Origin: Tetramitus jugosus
Lineage: Eukaryota > Protista > Heterolobosea
Length of the DNA: 64,000 nt
Reading direction: 5' to 3'
NCBI GenBank assembly: GCA_937625935.1
Contig: OW569366.1
Location: 248,001 to 312,000, forward strand
Part shown: positions 26,045-36,400 of the stretch, piece by piece
Layout of the letters: every line of letters starts with the position of its first letter
Numbering within the stretch: position 1 is the first letter of the stretch
Position numbers and translations under genes: made by a program
Notes under the pieces: generated by a model
The model's input: the letters and a program-made list of their open reading frames with translations, nothing else
What the model was told of the DNA's origin: nothing
Databases searched by the model: none

Positions 26045-27259
26045 CTAATTCTCATAAATGGTAATAAACTCTGAGATTCTGTGCTTCATGTTCTGCTTGA
26101 TACACTCTGCAATCCACAACAAATTGTTAATCTCTTGTTCCTTTAGCTTGACAAATGAATAAAAGGCACCATAGTGGAATTGTTGATGGAATGCGTCCTT
26201 GTTCAATTCGACTGCTTGCTTCTTGAGCAGTGTTTCGAGTGAAGTATTAGAGTCCACTTTTTGGAACATGTCAGAAAAAATCTTGTATGGTCTGAGAATG
26301 GCACCCAATGATGCATCATCATCCACATCGGCCAACTGATCATGAATATCAACCAATTCTCCAAAGTTTGGATAGAGGTCCTTGCGTGACTCCTTTGGCA
26401 AATCATCTGCACCAAATGATTGTCTCGTAATGGTCAACACGGCACGATCTGCTTCAAATCTCAAAATTTCACCCATGACCTCAGCAGTCACTCCTCCCAG
26501 ACTCATTGCAAAATCATAAAACTTTTCCAAGTAATTCTTTTGGAGGAGACCACGAATGTAATCAATCGTGTACTCATCAAAGTCTCTAGTGTCTGTTCTG
26601 GTAAAGAATTGGCCAATGGGTGAATCGACCAACACCAACTCGTACATGTCTTCCACACTGCTGGCAGCAGTGAGTGCACCCATGCTGGTAAACATGCCCA
26701 TGGGGTGACACTTGTACATCAACTCGAGTGCTCCTCTGCCATTCTTGACTGCTGTAATGAGCTTGAGAACGTTGCCAATCATGTACTCGTATGTGATAAA
26801 GTCTAGGAACTGGGAGAGTGGATGAACGGCTTGGAATCGCAACTCATTAAACTGTTCCACCAACAACTCGGTAGCCTTCTCAGTCAATATGGCACTGGTG
26901 ATGGGTGATGGCTCATTTTGTAAAAAGTTGCCATAATCAGTAGAAGACAAGTGGAGTTTCATATCTGTGTATGTGTATGTGTGTATTGTATGATATGTGT
27001 GATATGTATGTATGTGTAGTGTATGTGTAGTGTATGTGTAGTGTATGTGTATTGTATGTGTATGTGTGTCAGTAAATCTATTCTTGTACGAGTTGATTGT
27101 GAAAGATTGTATTGTTTTTTTTTTACCTTCGAGTGAATCACATTGAGAAAGATTGTAATAGTCGGATTGTTTCAATAGACCAGCTCTGAATCCATGGACC
27201 TGAGCTTCCAAACCACCATCATCAATGTTAAAGTAGAGACCTGCAAGTGAAAATGCCAT
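26045..27259 (-). CDS. ATP6V0D1: V-type ATPase V0 subunit d; one intron at 26965-27126
   Basis: [31 protein letters not shown]|[52 protein letters not shown]; removing the GT..CAG intron restores the conserved LEDMKLHL. Confidence 0.96.
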   Translation of the reverse strand: MAFSLAGLYFNIDDGGLEAQVHGFRAGLLKQSDYYNLSQCDSLEGKKKTIQSFTINSYKNRFTDTHTHTIHIHYTYTTHTLHIHTYHTYHTIHTYTYTDMKLHLSSTDYGNFLQNEPSPITSAILTEKATELLVEQFNELRFQAVHPLSQFLDFITYEYMIGNVLKLITAVKNGRGALELMYKCHPMGMFTSMGALTAASSVEDMYELVLVDSPIGQFFTRTDTRDFDEYTIDYIRGLLQKNYLEKFYDFAMSLGGVTAEVMGEILRFEADRAVLTITRQSFGADDLPKESRKDLYPNFGELVDIHDQLADVDDDASLGAILRPYKIFSDMFQKVDSNTSLETLLKKQAVELNKDAFHQQFHYGAFYSFVKLKEQEINNLLWIAECIKQNMKHRISEFITIYEN

Positions 27260-27595
27260 ATTGTCTGTTGTTGAGTGTGATGATGAATCTTTTGATTGTT
27301 GTTTTTTTTTCTGTCGCCGCTTTTTGTGTGTGATTTTTTTGGTTTCGTGGTTTCCAACATGTGTGCGATTTTACTCCGATATTGGATATTTGGAACGATT
27401 TTTTACAATGAAATCTTTCTGTCCAGAAGCAATTGTATTGAGTCAAGTACGAGCAAAGGAAGAGAAGGATCAAAAGCTCTTATGTTCTCGTTCTTCCGCA
27501 TGAGAAAAATGCACTCCAAAGATAGTGAGACAACAGACCCACAAGAAGAAGAGAATTCCTGCCCTCATCTTGGACCACGTTCCATCTGGCAAAAA

Positions 27596-27666
27596 TGCAT
27601 CTGCCGGGATTCGAACCCGGGTCGCAGCGATGGCAACGCTGCATGATACCCCTACACTACAGATGC
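27596..27666 (-). tRNA. tRNA-Gly (GCC)
   Basis: GCATCTG TAGTGTAGGGGTATCAT GCAGCG TTGCCAT CGCTGC GACCCGG GTTCGAATC CCGG CAGATGC A cloverleaf with B box GGTTCGAATCC, followed by a TTTTT Pol III terminator. Confidence 0.96.
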
Positions 27667-27722
27667 CTGTTAGAAGGTGATGGAGCTCACAAAACGCCGC
27701 GCGGACGCGTCACGAATACATA

Positions 27723-29123
27723 AAAAAACGCCGATGAAAAAACGAACACACACCCCTGTTGTTCGTGAGTATGAGAATCCACGCTATGCTGTGTGGACCA
27801 CAGCGCCAAGAGGAACTGCGCCAAGCAGCAAGGAGGTCATCATCACTGGAAAGTGTGATGACTCTCCCAAGGCTGCCTTGGCCAAGAAGATTGGCTTGGA
27901 TTTTGGTGATTTGCTCACCAGGGTCCAAGTCATCAAGAAGGGCCCCAAGAGGTTTGTTGCGTGGGTAACTGTTGTTGATGACAACATTTACCCATTTGTT
28001 GAATCCTTCAACCGCAACAAGAAGATGAGTGGCTGCAAGGCAGCACTCAAGCACAATGTAGATTGTGCCAAGAAGGTCGTCCTCCACGGTGTCAAAGGTA
28101 AGACGGAGGACGACATCAAGGCCATGCTTGGCACAACAAAGGTCAAGAACGTGCTCAAGAAGCACGACACCGCCTTTGTTGTGATGGAGTCCGAAACGTA
28201 TGCCGAAGCTTTGCTTCGGAACGTTCAATCCATGCCAGTGGAGGTGGAAGCAAAGCGCTTCCTTCCACGCCCACGTGATCCTGTCAAGGCTGTCAGCAAG
28301 AGGCTGACCAAGATGTACCAAGAGCTCCTGGCTGTGGTGGACGACCTGCGCCACCAAGTCAGTGTGTTAAAAGATATGGCTTCCGTCAACCGGATTCCCC
28401 TCGCATCCCCGTCTCCAAGGACGCCGGAGCGAATCTCCGAATTCGAACCTTCGACTCCGTCTACGACCGATGACTGGGAGTCGATCATGCCGGAGTCCCA
28501 TCCCGCCACTCCAACTACGGTCACCCAAGAGCCAACCGACAACACCATTGATGAGGATGCTCGTAACAGAGCAATCCTCGAGCTAGTATTGAACACCTCC
28601 GAGGTGTTCAAGAAAGTCAAGAAGGAGATTGCTGCCCGAGCAATCATGGTGGACCGTGCAAGAAGCACAACCACCGAAGAAGATCCAGTTGAGTTGGATC
28701 TCAGTAACCCCGACTGTGAGTTACAGAGTCCCCAACTCAACGAACACAAGAAGCGATCAGCACGTGTCACCGTTGGTGACACTGCTGCTAACAAGATCCC
28801 GGCCAGGTTGGCCAGCATCAAGTCAGGTGCTCTCCGGAGGTCCTACCAACTGGCTAGGACTACGGAGCCATCTGACCTCACCAGTGGTGCTCCAGATGGT
28901 AGTGGAGGCCCTCGCAACGAATCCCTGAAGAAGGGATCAAAACAACATTCCAAGAAGAGAATGAATCCTGTTGCGTAGGCCTGCCACTCCACTGGGCAAG
29001 CACCACATCATGTTAGACAATTGAGAGCAGGCAAGCCTGCTCTCACGCAAAAGAAAAATAAAAGTTCCGCAACGTGGTGCTCACGCACCATTTGTTGTAT
29101 TAAAAAAAAAAAAAAAAAAAAAA
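27723..29123 (+). mobile_element. ORF1-only non-autonomous non-LTR retroelement (tRNA-Gly proximal)
   Basis: Bounded by the 16-bp TSD, GC-richer than host genes, single ORF, 3' hairpin at 29022-29045, ends GTTGTATT-A22. Confidence 0.82.
27734..28978 (+). CDS. LINE ORF1p-like protein (two RRM-like folds, coiled coil, disordered tail)
   Basis: First ATG inside the element (MKKRTHTP); RNP2/RNP1-like KVVLHGV...HDTAFVVMESETYAEALL and EVIITG...FVAWVTV; heptad VSKRLTKMYQELLAVVDDLRHQVSVLKDM. Confidence 0.6.
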   Translation: MKKRTHTPVVREYENPRYAVWTTAPRGTAPSSKEVIITGKCDDSPKAALAKKIGLDFGDLLTRVQVIKKGPKRFVAWVTVVDDNIYPFVESFNRNKKMSGCKAALKHNVDCAKKVVLHGVKGKTEDDIKAMLGTTKVKNVLKKHDTAFVVMESETYAEALLRNVQSMPVEVEAKRFLPRPRDPVKAVSKRLTKMYQELLAVVDDLRHQVSVLKDMASVNRIPLASPSPRTPERISEFEPSTPSTTDDWESIMPESHPATPTTVTQEPTDNTIDEDARNRAILELVLNTSEVFKKVKKEIAARAIMVDRARSTTTEEDPVELDLSNPDCELQSPQLNEHKKRSARVTVGDTAANKIPARLASIKSGALRRSYQLARTTEPSDLTSGAPDGSGGPRNESLKKGSKQHSKKRMNPVA

Positions 29124-29139
29124 GCGTCACGAATACATA

Positions 29140-30083
29140 GTTGTGGGTATAGTTAGTCGTAAACAACTAGTGGTGGATGGTGAGCCTATGTGCTTCAAAG
29201 AGTTCAAGCAAGTGTATCCCAACTGTAAACTGGGTGCACAGAGGCACCAGTTGCTCAGTATCTTGATCTCTCAAATGAGAGAGTGTAATTGTCCATGCCG
29301 AAGTCTCCGGTCGTGTGGCGAGCCTGCATTGTATAAAGGTGGACTGAGGGTAGAGAGCAGACAGCACCTTCAATCCTTGTTTGATCAAGAGCGCAATATT
29401 CGAGTGGAGGAAAGTGACAGATGGTGGGTGCAAAAGGCAGCAAATTACAGTGGTGCTGACTTTTCCTTCCTGAAATATCCTCATGGTGTGGATAGAAGAT
29501 TAGAATGGTTCCAACTTCAAGTGAGAAGTGGAACTCTCCACACAGAGGAAGTTGTTAGAGGTCTTTACAACCCCCATGATGCGTCTATCATGTGCTCCTG
29601 GTGCAAAAAAGAACCCGAGAGTGTCTTACACTGCTTGGTACGTTGTCCCAGGTCTGTACATGCTAGACGGTGTCTAGCACTGACAGTGGGTAAGGAACTA
29701 ATTAGCATGGGAGTGTCAGCTGACAGTTGTATCGACATATGGTTCGATAATGTCAGACTCAAGAACGGAAAGATTGAAAAAAGAGCACTGCGGTGGACTA
29801 GCAGAGAGTATCTAACAGGTATGATGGGCATCGAAACGAGTGCCATCGAAGATATCACCAATGGATTGGTAGCCAGTGGAGTCAGAGTAGCAGTGGCCGT
29901 AAAAAAAGCAAGAATTTATGTGAATGGGGTGAAACGGAGATGTCTCACGACTCTCCTTCACCTCTTCACCACAACAAAAGCGAAACAACAATGACGCTCT
30001 GCGAGCGTCATTGAGAATTAATCAGGTGACCAAGGGTCATCGCTCTTCGAGCAACCGAAATGGTTGTATAAAAAAAAAAAAAA
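29140..30083 (+). mobile_element. 5'-truncated non-LTR retrotransposon (family A): ORF2 C-terminus with zf-RVT-type CCHC finger, 3' UTR and poly(A)
   Basis: ORF 29143-29994: LEWFQLQVRSGTLHTEE..CSWCKKEPESVLHCLVRC; hairpin over the stop codon; AATGGTTGTAT-A14; TSDs on both sides. Confidence 0.88.
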
Positions 30084-30099
30084 GCGTCACGAATACATA

Positions 30100-30500
30100 T
30101 AACAATGAAGCTCCAACAGTGTGCGAAAAATGCAACAAGGAGTCAGAGACTATTGTCTCATTCGCTGTCCAAGAGCAATATTGACTAGAAGAAGGCTGGC
30201 TATGTCGGTAGGTGATGAGTACTCTGGAAATCCACCGAGGAGCAACACTCTTTGCTCGATTTTCGGTTTGGTTGCACTGTCAGCTTACTGCCTTTCCAAC
30301 TAACATAGTCAAACCATCGATCGACCTGGTGTTGCTCCTCGGTGTGATGGGTGTAGAGAAGGAAGCAGTGGATCAAATAATGAGAGGGATGAGGAAGAAC
30401 GAAATCAAGACAGAGAAAGCTGAAAAGGGAGCCATAACATTAGTGAACAAGGTGAAAGGAGGTCCGTCGAAACCCTTCATCACTTGTTCACTAATGGCGC
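30100..30500 (+). mobile_element. Degenerate, frameshifted copy of the same ORF2 C-terminus (oldest member of the tRNA-Gly stack)
   Basis: CEKCNKESE..CLIRCPRAILTRRRLAMSVGDE and GVMGVEKEAVDQIMRG..ITLVNKVK align with the 29143-29994 ORF; the 3' boundary is approximate. Confidence 0.7.
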
Positions 30501-31081
30501 AATTGTTAGAATTAAGAAGTAATGCAACATTGATGGATTCCTATCTACCTACAGACCCTTCTTCTGCTCAAAATACCCAATAATGTTGAAAAGTTATTGA
30601 AACTTAACAAATTTTGACAACGAGTAGGGAAGATAAAGCGGGAAGATAAAACTGGAACATAATATAAGAAAGACAACACAATGACGCAAGTTCCAAAAAT
30701 ATAAAACATGATCGAATTTAATAACATAAATCTAATACAGTGATAAAGATAATTACAAATAACAACCACAAGTATTATCAAATTTAAGATTCATTTCTAA
30801 ACACACAATTATTTTACTAATAAATTAACTGATGGATGTTCTAATCTCTGTTTGTGATTATTTGCTCCTGTAGTAAGCATGTGACGCTTCGGAAATGTTT
30901 ACGATGGAAATACTGGTCCACTCTTTACGAGAATGGGGCAGTCTATCTATCGTTTGTGGGTATCGTCCTTTGGTTGCGTGTTATCCGTGATTGAATTTGG
31001 GTGTCCCTCGGTCAAATCTTGAGCGGGTGGCAAACAATTTCAATTTCACACAAACACATTATCCTCCCACACAAACAAAAT

Positions 31082-33373
31082 ATGGCACACCAACCACCAC
31101 CAACCATCACATTCTTTGAACACAACGGCTGTTCCTTCAAATTAGTCTCAAATGCTGACCATACCGTCAGTCAAGTGTACTATTGCGAAACGAAGCAAGC
31201 GCCACAATGGATTCCACTGAATTCATCATTATCACCACCACCACCACATCATACAACAACAATAGTTTTATCATCTCCCAGTGGTGATGGTTCGCAAGAG
31301 TCAGTTCCGACAGCAGCACCTTTTTCTCCACTTACCTCATTGACATCATCAGTCTCATCAAACAACAACAATAAGAAGAGAAAGTACTCTTGCAATGTCA
31401 TTGGTGAAAGCAAAGATTCTGAAGAAGATGTTGCCTCATTGATTCAGATTGATAATACTACTTCTTCAACTACTACTACCACTGCACATCATCATCATCA
31501 TCGTGAAGAAAAGAGAACAAAATTCAATCACCAATACCATCAATTGAAACAGATGAAGAATATCATGATGATGAATGGCATGAATCATCATCATACTAGT
31601 AACAACAATCATCATCATCATCATCATTACTACCCATCATGGATCACATTGCCAGCTCATGTCAAGTGCTATATTCTATCATTTGTGCCCAGTCACATTA
31701 TTCTCAAAACAAAACAAATTGAATTCAACATTAATGGTCACGAGTTCATCAAGACCATTTATCTCAATGAACGTGTGATTCATCAATTGGAGACGGATAT
31801 TTTCAAGAACATGTATGGAAGAATTCAGAACAATGATCATAATAACAACAATCACAGTAACAATAGTAGCAGTCAAAGAGTGCACACTCTATTCTATCCA
31901 AAGATTTCCATTGATGAATTCTATGAATACACTTGTCCTACTACTACTACTACTACTAGCACTACTACTACTAGCACTACCACTACTAGCACTACCACTA
32001 CAATGGCAATGATGATGATGATGAATAATCATAATAATGAGAGTACACATGAAACAACAACAAAAAGAATCATGTTACCAGTTCACAAACAAATTGCAAC
32101 AGTCATACCATGGTACCATTGCTGCACACTCAAGATTCCACTCAATGACTTTATTCAAATGCCCATTGAAAAATTTCAGTACACTCTACAAAAGATCAAG
32201 TTCATGTGTTCGTTTGAACATGTCATGGATGGCATGTTGGCCTATACGATGAACTCTCTATTTCACTCTCATCCACGTCATCATGACTATATTACATGCA
32301 ATGACACTACTACTAGTACTATTGCTACTGGTACTACTACTACTGGTACTACCGTTACTACTACTACTACTTCTACTACTACTACTGGTACTACTACTGA
32401 CAATAACAATATGAATCATACGAATCATAATAATCATCATAACAAGAGAAGAGTAGATATTAGTGTGTCTGCTGGGTACATTACCAATGATCAATTTGAG
32501 TCATGTGTTCACATTCTGTCTCAGCTACCCCACTGGTTCAACAAGTGTGAAATGAGAACAGGATTTGGATCAGTGTACACGATTGATGGCATGTTGAACT
32601 CTGATGCATCCAGTATCAACTTTCAATCTCTCGCTCTCATCACCAACTGTAAAACACTCAAATTGCACTATAGTGAATTTGAACCATTGTTGACATTGAA
32701 CAATATTGATCAGATATTGAGTGTCAATCACATGACTCATCTCACCATCAAGATGATGCATGATTTCAATGATGAACTAGAGAGATTTCAATTGCCATTC
32801 TTGACTAGTAGTAGTAGTAGTACTGGAACCAATGGTCAACCACAAGAACAAAAAGAGGACAAGAGTGCAGCAGCGATGGATCATGCACAAGTCTCTCCTC
32901 AAGACAAACATTTGCGCACTCATCCGTCACTGCGAAAACTAAACCTTCAATGTGGTGAAATTCTAGGATCACAATTTCTCAATGCCATCTATCAGAATCG
33001 GAAGCTCACAAGTCTGAAGCTGAGATTCCCCATGATGATGGACGATGTTGTTCGCATTCTCAATGTAGAAAACTCTAAAATCAAGAGACTCAAAGTGGGC
33101 AGCACATGTGGTGTCTATCTCGGCAATGAACTCATTGACAGTATTGTTCAATCCAATAACAAGACTCTCAAGTCACTCTATGTCAGAGGAAGCAACGAAG
33201 GAACTCATTGCTGTGCGGACAGTATACTCAAGTTTATCAAGCATTGCACGAGCTGCAGTCGATTAATTTATTTCGAAAAGGTGAACAATGAATTGCTGAA
33301 ACGAACGTTTGAGAGAGATGGTGGAAAGTCTGCTGGCTTGTTGAATGGCAAGCACTACATCTTTGTTGACTAA
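31082..33373 (+). CDS. F-box protein with LRR-like C-terminus and low-complexity inserts
   Basis: WITLPAHVKCYILSFVP F-box-like motif; LRR-like repeats LRKLNL, LTSLKL, IKRLKV, LKSLYV. Confidence 0.55.
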   Translation: MAHQPPPTITFFEHNGCSFKLVSNADHTVSQVYYCETKQAPQWIPLNSSLSPPPPHHTTTIVLSSPSGDGSQESVPTAAPFSPLTSLTSSVSSNNNNKKRKYSCNVIGESKDSEEDVASLIQIDNTTSSTTTTTAHHHHHREEKRTKFNHQYHQLKQMKNIMMMNGMNHHHTSNNNHHHHHHYYPSWITLPAHVKCYILSFVPSHIILKTKQIEFNINGHEFIKTIYLNERVIHQLETDIFKNMYGRIQNNDHNNNNHSNNSSSQRVHTLFYPKISIDEFYEYTCPTTTTTTSTTTTSTTTTSTTTTMAMMMMMNNHNNESTHETTTKRIMLPVHKQIATVIPWYHCCTLKIPLNDFIQMPIEKFQYTLQKIKFMCSFEHVMDGMLAYTMNSLFHSHPRHHDYITCNDTTTSTIATGTTTTGTTVTTTTTSTTTTGTTTDNNNMNHTNHNNHHNKRRVDISVSAGYITNDQFESCVHILSQLPHWFNKCEMRTGFGSVYTIDGMLNSDASSINFQSLALITNCKTLKLHYSEFEPLLTLNNIDQILSVNHMTHLTIKMMHDFNDELERFQLPFLTSSSSSTGTNGQPQEQKEDKSAAAMDHAQVSPQDKHLRTHPSLRKLNLQCGEILGSQFLNAIYQNRKLTSLKLRFPMMMDDVVRILNVENSKIKRLKVGSTCGVYLGNELIDSIVQSNNKTLKSLYVRGSNEGTHCCADSILKFIKHCTSCSRLIYFEKVNNELLKRTFERDGGKSAGLLNGKHYIFVD

Positions 33374-33431
33374 CTATAAAGTAATTGTCGCAAAATTCAG
33401 AGATTGTATTTATTTTGGTGTGGCCTGAAGT

Positions 33432-36400
33432 TTAAGCCAGTGTGACACGCTGCTCAAATCTCCTCTCTGAAGCAGGTGTTGGATTCATAAACTCTTCATA
33501 GATATACTCGTATTTTGCTCTTTCATTCTCGTTGAGTGATGGCATGGTTTGAGAGAGGGCACTCAGAATGTGTTTCTTGTGTATGAATATCTTGTTCTCT
33601 TCTTGATCCGCATCGCTCTCATTGACAGTACCATGATGGACTTCACTCAATCGATGATTCAGATTCTGAACAATGGCATCCACTTGTTGATCCAATTCAT
33701 CTGACCGATGATCCTCCAACTCTGCAGCGCCACCATTCTGATTCTGATTTGATGCAATTACCTTGTAATGAGATTTAGAGCTAGTTTCCTTGATGTGACT
33801 TGTTGAATTGAAGTCATTCTGTCTCCGTAGCTCCTCATGCTCTCGAGCAGCAATCAAACTGGCCGTGTAGAGCAAACCTTGCAAGTCAGCACCAGTATAA
33901 TGAACAGTCAAATCAGCAATCTCCCTCAATGAGACATCAGATGCAAAGTCGTAATTGGATCCATGAGTTTCCAAAATGAACTCTCTCTCTGTTTCATCGG
34001 GCATCGGACACAAGATGGACTTGTCGAGACGTCCGGGACGCAACAGAGCAGCATCGATTAAATCTGGTCGACTGGTAGCAGCCAAGACATAAACACCTTG
34101 TCTTGACTCGACACCGTCAAGTTGTGTTAGGAATTGATTCACTACACGATCCGTCACACCTGTATTGTCATGACCTCTCTTTGCTGCAATCGAATCAAAC
34201 TCATCAAAGAAAATGATACATGGCTTAGCGGCATCTGCTTGTCTAAACACATCACGCACAGCTTGCTCACTCGCACCAATGTACTTGTTGAGCAATTCTG
34301 GACCCTTGACCGAGATGAAATTGAGCCCACACTCACCTGCTACCGCGTTGGCCAACATGGTTTTTGCGCAACCCGGAGGTCCATACAGCAGGAGACCACT
34401 TCGTAGCTTTATAGGTGAATTCTCAAAGTACCGAGCATACTTTGTAGGGAATTCAAACGTCTCCTTCAACATTTGTTTCACATCAGTCAGGCCGCCAACA
34501 TCTGAGAATTTGACAGAGCTCTTGACTAGTTTGATGCCTTCGACAGACTTTGTCACAAAGTCAGATGTCGCTACTTCGAAATCGTCCATTGTTAGCTCTA
34601 TCCGACCAGTAATGTCATCAATGTGAAACATGCCACTCTGAAGTCGCTTTCGCATGTTCATATTGATCATCTTTAGGATAATGCTCTCAATGTCACCTGG
34701 AGAATAATTCTCTGTTCTCAGTACAATCTTCTCCAAGTTGTCATCGGATACAACATATGGATAGATGGAATCTCTTTTCAGTATACTCTTGAAAATCTTT
34801 GTTCTGTGCTTTCTGTCAGGCATGGACATGTGGATATTGGATTGGAAAATGTTGGACGACTGAATCTTTTGATTGAGTGTGTCCATGGACTTGCATGTAG
34901 CAATCACAGAGACAGTCTTCTCAAATGCATCACTCTTGGAAACAGATGCAGAGAACATTGCCAACTTTGTCATTTGATCAATAAAGATTGTGGACAGGAC
35001 TTTGACATTGGGATCAGGCATGGCTTCTTCATGCTCAAACGGACACAAAATATCTAAATCATCAAAAATGATGAGTGATGGAGCATGACTCATTGCCTCG
35101 GTCACATAACTCCTCAACTTAGCAGTCATTGTGTCTGTTCGATCACCTGCCATTGAAGTGCATGACACGTGCACGACATATACATTGGCACAACGAGCAA
35201 CCGATTGAGCAAAATGACCTTTTCCCATACCCACTTGACCAGTCACAGTCAAGTGATGCACCGTGGAGAAATCATAGGAATAGTGTGATTTGAGATGTCG
35301 GTGACGAGGTGACAATTGAACAAACATGCGCTTCAATGACTGTTTGGCCGAGTCAGACAATTGCTCATAGTCACTGTCCAAGAGTGAAGATGGTTGAGCA
35401 CAACTGGATGATTGTGTCAACAACAGAGCATCTTTTCTAAACTGGACAATCACTGGATCTCCACGGGAATAAATACCAGACACATATGCATTCTCCTGCA
35501 ATATGCGAGAAGAGCCATCAATCATGTACAGATTATGATTGGACTCGTTCTTGACAAAATCAACAAATGTCTGATCGTCTTCACTACCACTCGAAGAGGA
35601 TTCATGCAATCGAATCGGTTCATTCACACTAACCAAAAACAGACAACAACCCTGTGCACTCTTTCCTTCGCCATTATTGGTCAGTAGTGGTAATTGAATG
35701 AGATTGTGTTGAGAGAGTGGAATCGATAATGATTGATTCTTTGTTGTGTCATTAGTAAAAGTAGATGCCAACATGCATTGATCACGTATCCATTGTTTGA
35801 TCCGTTGTTGAATAATAGAGGGATCAGTGTTTGGATTGTCTTCATATGATTCATCACCACCATCAGTATCATCACTACTACTATTGTGACTATCACTGTT
35901 CAACACTCGTCTCACAAACAGAGATGCAATGGGTGATTGCTTTGATTGTGCATCTGTAATCAATCTCATAAAAACAGTGCTGTGTACAGTGGCACCCAAC
36001 TGTTGCATCAGTGCAAGACTCACATGAATCACACGATCATTATTATCTTGACCATCATTATTATCAGTACTCACAATATGAATTCTACCATAGATCATTC
36101 TCTTCAACTTTTTCTCATCAAATTCCTTCATTTGTGCCATCATTGAATTGGGATCCATTTGTTGTTGTTGATTCTGTTGTTGTTGTTGTTGTTGTTGTTG
36201 CTGTTGTTGTTCTTGTTGTTCTTCTGGAGTCAATGTAATTCTGACTCGAATCACATGCAACAATTGAACCAAATCACCATTGGTCAATTTCAATTGATTG
36301 GCAATTGATTGACTCACATGTATCATTCTTGAATCATCATTTGAATTACTATTATTAGTGAGTGATAGTCGGTTCATCTTTACTCTGGTCCACAGTGAAG

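Larger units (their letters stand above)
27707..30099 (+). repeat. Triplicated 16-bp target-site duplication GCGTCACGAATACATA at 27707-27722, 29124-29139 and 30084-30099
   Basis: Exact direct repeats; the 2nd and 3rd copies directly follow poly(A) tails. Confidence 0.95.

Noticed and set aside
27677-27733. Upstream start of the 433-aa ORF as given in the track
   Set aside because: Lies outside or at the edge of the element (before and within the TSD); ATG 27734 is the first start inside it
27707-30099. Three identical 16-bp direct repeats as a CRISPR-like or LTR structure
   Set aside because: The repeats follow poly(A) tails and bracket kb-sized retroelement sequence in a eukaryotic context; they are target-site duplications
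34355-34390. PEX1 D2 Walker A reads GPPGCAKT rather than GPPGCGKT
   Set aside because: The catalytic Lys-Thr is intact and small-residue substitutions occur at this position in other AAA ATPases; weak significance
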